From the human T2T-CHM13v2.0 reference genome, Homo sapiens: DNA of 64,000 bases. Shown in pieces: positions 1 through 14,822 of this stretch. The DNA lies in NCBI RefSeq assembly GCF_009914755.1, contig NC_060926.1; one strand, written 5' to 3'. Positions within the stretch are counted from its first letter, which is position 1. Each line of letters opens with the position of its first letter. Under the pieces are notes generated by a model. It was given only the letters and a program-made list of their open reading frames with translations, searched no databases and was not told the origin of the DNA. Both the position numbers and the translations under genes were made by a program.

Positions 1-60
1 TGAAATCAGACGTGATGCTGCCTGCTGAGGAGACCTGGAGGCTTCCCATGAATGGGCTTT

Positions 61-460
61 CAGAAGAGAGGTCTCTGGGTGCATTTGGTGACACCCCAGG
101 CAGTGGGGGAGACGTCCAAGCTAGGCTAGAAGGCCAGCCACAGCCAGCTCTGCCCAAGGATGCCACGTCCATTTGCTTCAGTAGGATATGTACCCTGGAA
201 ACCCAGCTTCCTGCCTCTCCAGGAAACCCCACTGAGGTCAGCACATCCCCCCAGGTTTAGAAGGGGTCTCTGGGTGCATCTGGTGACACCCCAGGCGGGG
301 GGGGTGGAGACATCCAGGCTGGAAGGCCAGCCACAGCCAGCTCTGCCCACGGATGCCACGTCCATTTGCTTCAGTAGGATCTGCACCCTGTAAACCCTGG
401 TTCCTGCCTCTCCAGGACACCCCACTGAGGTCAGCACCCCCCACCCCCCACCCCCAGGTT
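61..460. repeat. Tandem duplication, 2 diverged copies of a ~195-200 bp unit
   Basis: ggtctctgggtgcat...ggatgccacgtccatttgcttcagtaggat...ccccactgaggtcagcac...ccaggttt occurs at ~70-258 and ~265-460. Confidence 0.9.
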
Positions 461-1227
461 TGTGCAGCTTCACTATCTGGGGAGAGACACAGAAAGACCA
501 CATTCGGTGGAATTCTGGCTATAACCTTTTGTGGCCGGCAAGAAGGATCACCAAGCTGTCCTGTTACCTTGCTGGAGAGATCACTGGTTTCACGCTTGGC
601 CCCCGTGCAGTGAGTGCCTGGGCCAGGCTCGATTCTTGGAGCTCCAGTGAAATTTGGGCTTGGAGCTCACACCTGCACCATCCAGAAAGCAGAAGGCAGC
701 TGGCCCGGGCTGTACGGTTCGTAGAATCAGAGAGAACACTGCTTGCCTTCATGTCTGTACCACAATAAATCTGCCAACTGTGGTCAAAGTCTCTGGATTC
801 CTGCCCCCTCATTTTATTTTGTCTATTATGGAGTGGAAGGAGTGAGAAAGATTTTGCTTCCTATTTTGTTTTGCAAGGCGTTTCTAAGAAAAACAACCCG
901 TGTTCGGCAAACGACATTCTGAGTGTCCCCTGGGCGTGACGAAAACAAACTTTGGGAATCCAAGGGCCTGAGAGGCAGAGTGAATGTCATTCACATTTCC
1001 CTGCGAATGACAAAGTCACTTTTTATTTATTATTATTATTATTATTAATTATTATTATTATAGATTCAGGGGATCCACGGGCAGCTTTGTGTCCTGGGGA
1101 TATTGTACGATGCTGAGGTTTGGGGTATGAATAATCCCGTCACCCAGGCGCTGAGCATTGTACATTCCTGAGGTATATAATGTGTACTAAAAATAAAATG
1201 TATATTTATATATGCACTAATGATTCA

Positions 1228-1717
<490 letters not shown>

Positions 1718-1828
1718 TCAACCCTTGTACCCCCGCCCCTGCTTCCTACTCTATTAGTCCTGAGGGTCTGTGGTGCCCCTTCATTGTGTCCAGGTGCAGG
1801 CAATGTTTAGCTCCCACCTATAAGCAAA

Positions 1829-2613
1829 AACATGTGGTATTTTATTTTCTGTTCCTGGCGTTAATTCACTAAGCATAGTGCCCTTCAGCTTCATCCATGT
1901 GACTGCAAAGGACATGATTTTATTCTTGTTCATGGCTGTGTAGTATTCCATGATGCGGAAGGACCACATTTACTTTATCTAATTGAGAACATGTGGTATT
2001 TGATTTTCTGTTTCTGGCATTAATTCACTAAGCATAATGCCCTTCAGCTTCATCCACGTTGCTGCAAAGGGCATGATTTTATTCTTGTTCATGGCTGTGT
2101 AGTATTCCATGATGCAGAAGGACCACATTTGCTTTATCTAGTGCAGAACATGTGGTATTTGATTTTCTGTTCCTCATATTGATTCACTAAGCATAATGCC
2201 CTCTGGCTGCATCCATGTGGCTGCAAAGACATGATTTTATTTTTTTCATCACTGTGTAGTATTCCGTGGTGTAGAAGGGCCACATTTGCTTTATCCAGTT
2301 GAGAACATGTAGTATTTCATTTTCTGTTCCTGGCATTAATTCACTAAGCATAATGTCCTTCAGCTGTGTCCATGTGGCTGCAAAGGACATGACATTATTC
2401 TTTTTCGTGGCTGTGTAGTATTCCATGGTGTAGAAGGGCCACAATTGCTTTATCCAGACAAGAACATGTGGTATTTGATTTTCTGTTCTTGTGTTAATTC
2501 ATTAAGCATAATGCCCTCCAGCTACATCCATGTGGCCGCAAAGGACATGATTTTATTCTTTTTCATGGCTGTGTAGTATTCGATGCTGTAGAAGAACCAC
2601 TTTTGCTTTATCT
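1829..2613. repeat. Tandem array of 5 x ~159 bp L1-derived units
   Basis: aacatgt(g/a)gtat unit starts at 1829, 1988, 2147, 2304, 2463. Confidence 0.92.
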
Positions 2614-2688
2614 GGTACCCCACTGATGGGCAACTAGGTTGATTCCATGACTTTCCTATTGTAAGTCGTGCTGTGATGAACCTTACAG

Positions 2689-2974
2689 GGCCAGGCACTG
2701 TAATCCCAGCACTCTGGAGGGCCAAGGTGGGCAGATCACCTGAGGTCAGGAGTTCGAGACCAGCCTGGTCAATATGGTGAAACCCTGTCTCTACTAAAAA
2801 TACAAAAATTAGCCAGGCATGGTGGCGCATGCCTGTAATCCCAGCTGCTCAAGAGGCTGAGGCAGGAGAATCACTTGAACCCTGGAGGCAGAGGTTGCAG
2901 TGAGCCGAGATTGCTACTGCACTCCAGCATGGGAAATAGAGTGAGACTCCATCTCAAAAAACAAACAAAAAAAA
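2689..2974 (+). mobile_element. AluS-type SINE inserted in L1
   Basis: Alu body with a small 5' deletion and an A tail. Confidence 0.93.
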
Positions 2975-3342
2975 GGAACTTTACCATGCATGTGTCTTTT
3001 TGGTAGAATGACTTCTTTTCCTTTGGGTAGATGCCCAGTCTTGGAATTGCTGGTGCAAATGGTGGAGCAGTTTGGATTCAGGAGGTACATGTACAGGTTT
3101 CTTACATGGGTACGATGTGTGATGCTGAGGTCTGGGGTATGAGTGATCCCATCACCCAGGTAGTGAGCATAATACCCCACAGTTGGTTTTTTCAACTCTT
3201 GTCCTTCTACCTTCCTCTCTCCCCCTAACTAGACCCCAATATCTGTTCCCTTCTCTGTGTCTACATATACACAACATTTAGCTCCCACTTATAAGTGAGA
3301 ACACGCAGCATTCTATTAATTTACTTAAGATAATGGCCTCCA

Positions 3343-3804
3343 CACTGTTCACAATAGCAAAGATGTGGAACCAACCCAAATGCTCATCAGTGATAGACTG
3401 GATAAAGAAAATGTAGCACATAGACACTGTGGAATACTATGCAGCCATGAAAAAGATGAGTTCATGTCCTTTGCAGGGACATGGATGAAGCTGGAAACCC
3501 TCATGTTCAGCAAAGTGACACAGGAGCAGAAAACCAAACAGTGCATGTTCTCACTCATAAGTGGGAAGTGAACAATGAGAACACATCAACCCAGAGAGGG
3601 GAACATCACACACTGGGGCCTACTGCAGGGGTGGGGGACTGGGAAAGGGACAGCATTATGAGAAATATCTAATGTAGATGATGGGTTGATGGGTGCAGCA
3701 AACCGCTATGGCACATGTATATCTATGTAACAATCCTGCACATTCTGCACATATACCCCAGAACTTAAAGTAGAATAGAAAAAAAATAATAAAAATAATT
3801 AAAA
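3343..3804 (+). mobile_element. 5'-truncated L1PA 3' end with 16-bp TSD
   Basis: L1PA 3'UTR plus A-rich tail; aagataatggcctcca at 3327-3342 and 3805-3820. Confidence 0.92.
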
Positions 3805-3987
3805 AAGATAATGGCCTCCAGCTACATCCATGTTGCTGCAAAAAAAAAAAAAAAAGAAAAAGAAAAAAAAAAAAAACAACAACCGTGATTTTGTTCCTTT
3901 TCAGGGTTGCGTAGTAGTCCATGGTGTAGATGTACCGCGTTTTCTTTGAGGGTGGGAGGAGGGAGAAGATCAGCAAAAATAACCTGT

Positions 3988-4278
<291 letters not shown>

Positions 4279-4782
4279 TCATAAAAATAATAATAACAAC
4301 CTGCTAGGCTTAGGACCTAGGTTGATTCCATTACAAAAAACAAAACAAAAGAAAACAAAAAACTAACTTTTTAAAAGAAGGATCTCTCTGTTCAAAAACA
4401 AAACCAATGCCCTGTCAGGAAAGATGTTCTGTGTTTCTGGTAAAGCTGGAAGGAACCTACAGGAAGGAGTCACCCCATAAAACTAGTGGAGCAGCATTGC
4501 CTTTTGGGGTGAGGGCTGCTTCTGTTAGGCCACCAGGATGAGTGCCTTCCTGGGGAGTGTGGTTCATCCTATACCATCCAGGAAGCAATTCCTGCCCCCA
4601 AATCACCTGCCAGCTTCGGCCCTGTAAGTAAAATCCCCAGCAAGCGGGCAGCAAGGAGCTGCTTGCCTTGGAAGGCAGCTGAAGTCTCTGCCCACCACCC
4701 AGACTGTGTCCTCTGGGCAAGGCCAGGGCTTCCAGTTGGATGGTTTTCACATTAACGGCTGCTGTTTAGAATCATCAACATT

Positions 4783-5457
<675 letters not shown>

Positions 5458-5497
5458 TTACCACTGGACCTCCATGTTCTAGTTTCAAAGCTCTGCT

Positions 5498-5598
5498 GGC
5501 CACAGTGGCTCATGTCTGTAATCCCAGCACTTTGGGAGGCTGAGGTAGGAGGACTGCTTGAACCCAGGAGCATGAATCCATCCTAGGCAACATAGTGA
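5498..5598 (+). mobile_element. Alu monomer (FLAM-like) fragment
   Basis: gtggctcatgtctgtaatcccagcactttgggaggctgagg... Confidence 0.8.
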
Positions 5599-5604
5599 TA
5601 ATAG

Positions 5605-6390
5605 TGTCAAATGAGAGCCAGTGTCCAGTAATTCCCCAAATATCTGAGAATTTTCTTTTCTTTAAGTCACAGTCATCCTGGCAGAAGGCTGTAAGTCCCT
5701 TTGGGGAAGACTGGGAAAAAGATTAACAATGTAAATTTTTGGCAACGTAGCAGCGTACTTCCCCAAGATCACCCAGCCTCCCCTTCACTTAAGGGGTTGT
5801 GGGCCTGTGAACTGGCTCAAGTCTGGGAATTGATTGAGGGTTTTAGAACTGTGTTTCATTAATTTGAGTTAGTCTTTTATTCAGTTGACCTAGAATTCTT
5901 CATTTTTTAAAGAACAACTAAGACTTTGGTACAGCCCATTAGCTCTCCCTGTGGATACCATGGACTACACAATGCCGTGGGTGTCTGTGAGTCAAACCAT
6001 TCTGACTGCTGCTTTGACACTGCTTTCCACTGTGGTGACCACACCCACCTCATCTTTGGTGATTAAGGACAGCCCATGTTCCCTGCCACCCCAGGATTCA
6101 ATTATCCTCATTTTACTTAAAGATCCCAGTCCAGTGGCTGCAGTTCCTGCTGTAACATTTTGCCTACTGAGAGCACAAGCTCAAAGCTCTTCCAGGATAC
6201 TGGGCTCCTCTCACAATATTCTTTCTCATGATCGTTGTGAGGAGTATGTTCCGTAGACCCTCCAGTGTGAGTGAGCAGGTCTGACATAATAAATCCAGTC
6301 TCCCTGAGTTTTTGCATACCTTTCTGTACACATAAACCAAGGAAGTTGTGGCATCTCAACTTTATGTACCTTAGGTAAACTCTGATTCTG
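5605..6390 (-). mobile_element. ERVL-class internal (gag region) relic
   Basis: Minus-strand translation ...AVLNHQR*GGCGHHSGKQCQSSSQNGLT... resembles HERVL gag; broken by stops. Confidence 0.6.
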
Positions 6391-6395
6391 TTTCA

Positions 6396-6540
6396 GCCAA
6401 CCAACCAAGTCACCAAACAAGCAAACAGCCAACCAATCAACCAACAAGCAAGCAAGCAACAAACCAACCAAACAACCAAGCAAGGAAGCAAGCACCAACC
6501 AACCAAGCAAACAACCAACCAAGTAACCGATCAAACCAAC
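6396..6540. repeat. (CAAC/CAAG)n simple repeat
   Basis: ccaaccaaccaag...caagcaagcaagcaac. Confidence 0.9.
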
Positions 6541-6711
6541 CCTTGGAGCCCTTTCTAAAGCTTTGACCTACAACCCTGAGTCCAGAATCTCTGTTTAGTG
6601 GGCCAACATTAATAAATTTAGCCTAATCCAACTTTATGTTACTTCCACCATGGTGCCACACACTTAATATCCATTCCCACATATATTCTCCAGATTTCCT
6701 TCTGTATAAAT

Positions 6712-6714
<3 letters not shown>

Positions 6715-6744
<30 letters not shown>
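6715..6744. repeat. (TG)n microsatellite
   Basis: Direct reading. Confidence 0.95.
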
Positions 6745-6747
<3 letters not shown>

Positions 6748-6754
6748 AAGAGAG

Positions 6755-7684
6755 CATCAACTAAAAAATCACACAATTTTATAAATTTAGAAAAGAGAGC
6801 TTTATTTCTTATATAGGTTTGCAGTCTGCAAGGTGGCCATTATGACAGGCTGGGAAGTGTGGCCTACAGCCAAGGCCAGAGGCAGGCATTTCCAGGGAGG
6901 GAAGGAGAGGACAGGAATTTGAGCCAAATGAGTTGGCTACATATACATACTCAATAGGATATCAGAGGAGCTATATCATTTTATGAGAATACTCATAAAA
7001 GAGGTCCTAATGAATGCATATTCAATAAACATGCATGTTCATTCTGGGGTGGAGACTTGACATTTAAATGTATTATAATTAGGCCCTACACATCAAAAAG
7101 TGAAGCAGGGACATGAAGGTACTCAGCCTCTGTACAGGCACAGCCTCCAAAACTGGCCAGAACCAGTCCATGGAGGATGGTCTCTTATCAGGAGAAAGTT
7201 ACTGAAATCAGTCCCTTGTCCAGAGAAAGCTGTCATTAAGGTTAGTGGGGCAGGAGATCAGTTACTCAGCGTCTGTGAACTGGGTGAGTTGTAATTGTTT
7301 TAATCTTGCTTCTCTCACAGCCAGTGCTTGCTTGGTTGCTAGAGAAAAATAAAACCCACGTGGTAGTTAGAATCTAGTTAATTCTTTAAGAGTAGGCTAC
7401 AAGACTTAACGCTCGCCTGGCATGGCCCTAGGTCCTGTTTATAATTTGAGGTCTTATTGCCACAAAGAGTCTGTTCTGTCAGTCTCATGATCTCTATTTT
7501 AACATTAATGCTGTTCAGTTGTGGGGTCTAAACCATAAGAGGGAGGGAGGTACAGGGAGGTATGTCTGACCTCCTGTCCTGTCATGGCCAAGAACTGAAT
7601 TTTAAGATTTATTTGAGGTTCCGTTGGCCAACAGGGGGTCTGTTAAGTCGGGTGGGGGGCTTAGGATTTTATTTTTAGTTTTCA
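6755..7684 (-). mobile_element. Solo ERV1 LTR, MER4 group (MER4D-like)
   Basis: Reverse complement begins tgaaaactaaaaataaaatcctaagcccccc and contains cagcattaatgttaaaatagagatcatgagactgacagaacagactctttgtggcaataag. Confidence 0.8.
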
Positions 7685-9539
7685 AGGGAGATAAAATAAT
7701 TTAATCAATTGGCCCCTGTGACTGTGGGACTAACATGGCTATGATCTGTCGGACAGACTTCAGGCTGGCACCCAGGCAAAATTCTATGCTGTAGTAAATG
7801 CATCATGCACATTTGTAACAACACGTACATAACAATGTCACAAAATACTTTCACGGTGACACCTAGATTGGTATTTTATTGAATAGCTGATGATATAAAC
7901 TGGCTCATTTGATGCCAAGACTGACCATCACCACCATACCAAGGTCATCACTGATCAGAGGCCTAACCCAAGGAGGGGGTCATGTGCAGACCCAGCAGTG
8001 GGGAGGAAAGATGCTGCAGAGGAGACGGATGCCCACAGAGGCCCCTGAGCGGACACAATGCTCACTAAGTGGTAAGTATAGACTCAACGTAGGCTGTAAG
8101 GTCTCCCCCTGTGCAAATGGGACCCCGTCCACTTGAGAGTCAAGGGTCTGTTTGGGTGGCAGGGATAGCCACTTCTGAAGGTAGAAAGGAAAATAAGCCA
8201 CCAAATTGGTACCTTTCTGTGAAATGGACATCGTGCTTAGAATCTCCATTTTCCCCACAACCTGGAGGAATAAGTACTGTCATCTGCATTTTGTAGCTGA
8301 AGAATCTGACTCAACAAAATTAAATTACTCACCTAAGCAATTAGCAATTAACCAAGTCTTTCTGACTCAGAAACCCAGCTGTTGCCTGTTCATATCCAGC
8401 CCCTGTATTGGGGTCAAGATCTGGCCTGTTCTCAATGCAGCAAGATCCAGGCAGATCACACTGGACTCCCAGCACTGAATCTGGCTCGAGGGGACATCAA
8501 ATTTGACTGGGTCATGGGGCTCAGGAGCATCACTCTCAAAAATAGCAGTACAGGAAGAGGCGATGGCCCTAAACAGCATTTGCAGGCAGATCCCATGTTA
8601 ATCGTAAGGGTCAGGACTCTCACTTTTCTGTCTCTCTCTCTCTGTCTCTCATCTAGGGCTGACCCCACATTGGACACCACTGCATCCATGTCCATCACAC
8701 ACCACAGCTGCCTTTTCTTCTGCCTGCTTATGGGAAAGTCCCCTCCTCTCCTCCATTTTCTTCTCTTCCTGCCCTATCACACCGTGCACTTCTCCCTTTC
8801 CTTAAAGAACCACCATCAACTTTAGGAGGAGGGAAAGGGGTGGCTCTGGCAGGAAAAGCCAGAATCCCCTCTAGCCAGCAGAGAGAGAGGAATGGCTGCC
8901 TGTTTTCTCCCCCAGTCCAAGGCACTAGGTTTTGGCTAGGTTGCAGGTTCCAAGCTGCTCTCCTGCTGTGTCGGTGAGTTCTGGTCAACCTGCAACCTCC
9001 TGATGTGGCCACTGCAGTTCATCGAGTCTTCAGGGACTCCCCATGGCCTGGAGTACTTTGCCTTGCTTACACGGGAGAGGAGAATGGATTTATAGGGAAC
9101 ATCATCTAAATCCAACTTGACCATTGTGTGGCCACACTTGCTAGATTGCTATAGTCTAAATCTAGCATTGTAGAAAGACGGGGGAGCTTGGAGCTGCACA
9201 AACCCAGGTCTGGAACTGGCTCCCTACCTTGAAAGGTGAATGATCCTGGCAGGACTCAGCCTCCCTGGGCCTCAGTTTCTTTATCTGTTTCTTGCTGGTT
9301 GGTTGGGTGATGTGGGGGCTGTGTGAAAACAGCTTGTCAATACAAGCCGAAATAGGAATATTTCTCCACAGAGTATGAAGGTCAAATGAGAGAATACATT
9401 TAAATTAAATGGAAAATTAAAATGGCAAAAAAGGCAAAGTTGTATTGAAAGTTCCAAGCTTCTCTATAAGGAGCTTTTTGACTATGTAAGAATCCGGTAC
9501 TCGTTCCCCCTAAATATAAAAAAAAAAGTTGAAGGAGGA

Positions 9540-9823
9540 AGAAGGGAGAGTGATGCATGATGGGCGAGGACTTCACCTGCTGTTGCTGGCTTTGAGGATG
9601 GAGGAAGGAGGCCACAAACCTAGAAGCTGGAGCCCCTAGAAGCTAGAAAAGGCAGGGACCCGATTCATCCCTTGAGCCTCCAGAAGGGACATAGCCCCAC
9701 CAGCACCTTGACTTTAGCCCAGTGAGATCCTCTTAGGACTTTTGGCAACCAGAACTATAAGACAGAAATGGAAGCCACTGAGTCTGTAGCTGTTTGTTGC
9801 AGCAGCAATAGAAAACTAATGCA
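9540..9823 (+). mobile_element. MaLR LTR fragment (MLT1D-like)
   Basis: gctggctttgaggatggaggaagg...gagcctccagaagg...ttgactttagcccagtgaga...gcagcaatagaaaactaatgca. Confidence 0.8.
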
Positions 9824-9841
9824 GAGCCCAAGAAATCACTG

Positions 9842-10088
9842 GTGATGAGATGGGGAAGTGGGCTCAGGAGGTCTGGATCTGTGATGAGATGGGGAAAGTG
9901 GGGGAGGTCTGGATCTGTGATGAGATGGGGAAAGTGGGCTCAGGAGGTCTGGATCTGTGATGAGATGGGGAAAGTGGGGGAGGTCTGGATCTGTGATGAG
10001 ATGGGGAAAGTGGGCTCAGGAGGTCTGGATCTGTGATGAGATGGGGGAAGTGGGCTCAGGAGGTCTGGATCTGAGTTGGGGATCTGGA
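9842..10088. repeat. Minisatellite, ~6 units of 36-40 bp
   Basis: gtgatgagatggggaaagtgg(gctca)ggaggtctggatct repeated. Confidence 0.95.
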
Positions 10089-12536
10089 GTGGAAGGGGAA
10101 TTCATTTGTTCATTGTCTATCCTTTTGCATTGATTGAGTTTTTATATATATATATATATGTGAATTTTCACAATAAAAGTTTTTTCCAAAATAAAATAAA
10201 CAAAAGGGGCTTTTTGCAACCCAATTCCTATCTATGTCTGAGTCCACTTGTATTGAATGAATCTTTCTGCTAACGTCCTTATATTTGGGTGACAATCTGA
10301 ATGTCAGTGACCAATCAGAGCAGAGGCAGACCTTGGAGTGGGCAGGGCACCCTGAGGGCCCTGATTCCCGCCATGAGGCATAACCCTTTAGGTGCCAGAC
10401 CACGGGGAGGTCCAGGGGTTGCAGGGGAGGGCTGTGCATCTGCAATGACTCTCAGGGGGCTCCCGGTGGTGGCAATTGGTGAATCTGCACGGTGGTGTTT
10501 CAATATTGTGACAACCCTGCTGTCTCTCATGCTCTTAAAAAGCATTTCTCTTACCTGTGACAGACTTCCTATACCTAACAGCTTGCAAAAATGTTCCAGA
10601 TTAATGAGAATAATCTCTCGGAGCCATACCTCCCTGCTTGGGGTCTCAGTTTCCCCAACTGTCTCCAGACAAGTTAGGCTAGAAGGCCCCTGAGCCTCAG
10701 CCCCTCTATACCCCTCCTGTCACCCAGACCTGATCTGGGTCTTGCACCCTGGGTGCAGCAAGACAGGGGTGGGCAGGGGCTGGCTCTGGGCCAGAGGACC
10801 CTTTCTGATGGACTTCAGCTGTTGGCCTTCCAGGGGAGACTGATCAACCTCACAAGAGTCATACGGTGAGTAGCAGTGGGCAGTTCCATCCCCCTCATCT
10901 TAGATTTATGGGGAGACAGAGAGAAAGAGGAGACACTCCAGGAAGACCTGCAGGTGGGAGTACCAGGTTGAAACCAAGGACACATTCCTGGAGGAGCTGC
11001 TGTTTGAGCCAGCTCTGAGAACAGGTGGGGACAGGACTGGAGAGGAGGAGGGGGTCCCCTATGAGCAAAGACTGGCCACCACCCCATCTAACACCCCCAC
11101 AGGGCCCCTGTGGCATCCCTGTCCAGTCCCTGTCACCACCCAGTTTTTCCCTCTGGACCCAGGAATTCAAAGTAAGCAAGGAGGTCCACTGCTCCAGTTG
11201 ACTGCAAATAATTACAACCTTGAGCCCAAGCAGCACTTTGGGTCCTGGTTTGGGACCACGAAGCGGCTCGGTGAGACTGAGAGGTAAGGCCAGGACAGGA
11301 ATTGGGATAGTAGGATTGAACTCTCCCTGGGGGCCAGCCTCAGAAAGCCTGTGGCCATGGCCTCTTGGCCAACATCAGATCCTGTGGTCTGGCAATGCCT
11401 GGGGTACCCAGACCTCACTCTGGACAGGCCCTGGGAGGGGGCCCTGGTGAGATTCCTGGCAGCCTCACAGCCACTCTTCTGTCCGTAGCTACAACATGTC
11501 ATGCCAGCTGGAGGCTCCATCCCAGTTGGCTGGGAGCACAAAGGCCAGGAAGATAGACATCACCCACCACAGGGGCCAGTCGGGGCCTGAACCAGGGCGG
11601 GCAGAGGTTGGCTGCCTTGGGATATGGGTGGGCTCAGGGAGTCAGACAGCAAGGGACTAGCCTCCCATCCTACTGCTGACCAGCTCTGTGACTGGAGAGA
11701 GTCACCTTACTTCTCTGGGCCGAGTTTCCCCCTCTGTGGAGTGACACTAAATGCTCTCTCTGGAGACTGGGATCAACAGGGCACTGGTGATTGACCAGGC
11801 ACTCAGCACATGCCTGGAGCACACAGTGCAGGGCTGTGGTGGGGAGGTGGCCTGAGTTCCTGGGGAGTCACCCATGTGTGCCTGCCCTTCTGACCAGCCA
11901 CCAGGCCCTCAGGGCAGAGCCTACTACCAGCAGCAGCTCACACCCCGAGACCAGCTCAGAGGCAGCCCCTACCTCAGCAGCAGGGACATCACGGACACTT
12001 TGAGCTGCTACTAGGGTGGCTTCCCCAGCTCCCACGTGGAGAGGGGTCCCAGCTGAGTCCCACTCACGTGGAGTCTCATGCCCATGAAAGTGCCATTCAC
12101 CACTGGTCAGGCTCAGGAGGCCGCATGAGGGGGGGGTCACTGGGGAGGAGATATTGGGGTAACAGAGAGGGTGGTTGAATTTTTGTATAATAGGCAGTGC
12201 AAGTGTTTACCGTTTGGGAGGGGAAAGGTTTGTTATTATTAGCAATGCTACACTTGAATATTATACTAAAATCCACTTTCTCTATAACCTGGGAGTTGCT
12301 CTTTTGTTCTTTCTTTTCCCATCTTAATTAAAATGAGATGCAGACTCTCACGGTCCACAGTCGATTAAGAAATCTTGCACGGCCATCAGGTTATGTCTTG
12401 GAGAGCAGAGTTTCAGTACCATCAGCCTGGCAAGGAGCCGGGCCTGCTCCTCAGAGCTCCCGGGACTGTGAGAATTGGCATGTTCACAGGGCACTGTCAC
12501 AGCCTCTGAAACACGCTGTCTTTAAAGACGTTTGCA

Positions 12537-12842
<306 letters not shown>

Positions 12843-14822
12843 AAGACATTTGCAAGGACCATGTCCTCACCCAGAATGGTGCCTGCCTTTCTACAGTTTT
12901 TCAGGAAGAGGAAACATTTTCTGCTTCTCTCGCTGAGGTTTTTTTTAACCACACATTAGGAACCTATAGATTTCAGAATGGAACACTGGGATTCCCTCAG
13001 CACTAAAGGAGGAAAATTGCAAACAGAGCTGAAAGTGCAATGTGCAAAGGTCAGGCTGAGGAAGGTTCTTAGCCAGTAGACCAAGGGCAGGAAGGACACT
13101 GCCTCCTCAGTCTCCCACTTTGTGATTCTTGTCCCCTGACCTCAGAATTCCTTGTCATGTTTGTTTTGTCTCCAAGGGAAGGGTTTGAATTACAGAATTT
13201 AAGGCTAGAATGGGCCTCGTGCAGTTAACATTAACCCTCTCTCTCCTTCGCTGGCCGAGGTGAAGTCCAGGAACATGTAGTTCTGATGTCCACTCTCTCG
13301 GGGGATCACCAGTTCACCCATCTCACCCGGCCAGCTGGGCTCTAGTTTGGCGACAGGCATCTTCCACCCACCTGGGAGGCAGGGTTCAATACTCTGCCTC
13401 TGACCTTGTTTCCTTCTTCTGCCATCTGCTTAGGTAGCCAGAAGGGGTTGTCCAGCCAGCACCTGGGCTTTGGCACTCCTCAAGAAGGTGGAGGAAGTTT
13501 CAGGCACCTGACTCCTCAGGTGTCTGCCATCCAGGTGCTCTTCAGGCCTGCCCAGAAGAGCTCTCTTGATCCAGCTAGAACTGGCCAGAACTGACTCACT
13601 CAGGAATGTGTAGACTTTGACATCAGGGGCTGCTTTAATTTGCACAATTTCCAAATACCTCTTTTTTCTTCTTTTTCTGATGAGTCATCTCCCTAGACTT
13701 GCATTTTAAAGAGATAGATAGTTATCAGATTCCAGAGAAGACATGGTAGAACATTTATATGTCAAAGACACAGAGCTGAGACTTTAGTTTTAGATACCAT
13801 AATTTGCCTAAACCAAAAAGGAAGGTGTAGGTAAAGTTCTAGTCAAGACAGGATGGCCAGGAAAAACACCTTAAACCAAGGGACAGCTTGCTTTGCTGAT
13901 TTAAGCCAATGGCTTCTTTATCATAAGACTTCCCAGTGATTTAGTCCTCCCTCTCTTCCAGTGCACAGAGACATACCCCTCCTTACAAATAAAAATGTTC
14001 TTTATAGATGTAAATTTATTTTACAAAAATGTTTCAAAATAACCAGATGAAAATCATCCTTATGCCAGAAAGACTTGTTTTTTTTTTTTCATTACTAGAA
14101 ATGAAACAGTAAGTATTTGCTGTATTGACATACTTAGGCTTAGACCTATGTTTAACAAGAAAGCCTAATAATAGCACTGTGGTTAGACTGTAGCCTATTT
14201 TTCCAAACCATCATTTTATTATTAAGGAAACGAAGGATCAAATACCTTTCATTCATCTGATATGATCCTTTAAAACACATTCCACTAATAAGTCCCATTT
14301 GGAACAGCTGAAAATCTTTTAATAAAACTTTTTAAAGATGAGCTCATGGCTTAGTGTAAATTTCACAAGCTTAATTAGGTCAAATGGAAGGAACTCAGAT
14401 GAGTAGTTGCCCAATCAGAGCCCATTATTTGTAAGTCATCAGACCCCTCCGTGACCTTAAAACTCCACTCTGACCTAATTATTGCAAACCTATATACAAA
14501 AAAGTGAAAGGATTAATTTTCATTCATCAACCTCTCAATCCCAGATTTTCAAAGAAAAAACCTATGTAAGGAATACTTGCCAAAACCAGACAGGAAAATT
14601 AGAGCCTGCATACTTAAGAGTCAAATTTGTTCCACTACAGCCAGGTGGCATACAATTACATCATTTGGTTCTTCATACACTCTAGAACTGACTAGGACAG
14701 AGTTTAGCATAGAAAAACTGTAAGAAATAGGTTCTGAAACATAGAAATTGCAAAGTTTAAAAGGCTATGAAAAAAACTAATGCAAATGAGAGACTCCCCT
14801 CCCTTTGTTTTAAAGAAATAGA

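Larger units (their letters stand above)
1750..3342 (-). mobile_element. Old L1 3'-end fragments (antisense), containing a tandem expansion and an Alu
   Basis: Antisense L1 motifs gctcccacctataag, catccatgttgctgcaaaggacatgatttt, gtagtattccatg; minus ORFs resemble the ORF2 C-terminus ([22 protein letters not shown]). Confidence 0.85.
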
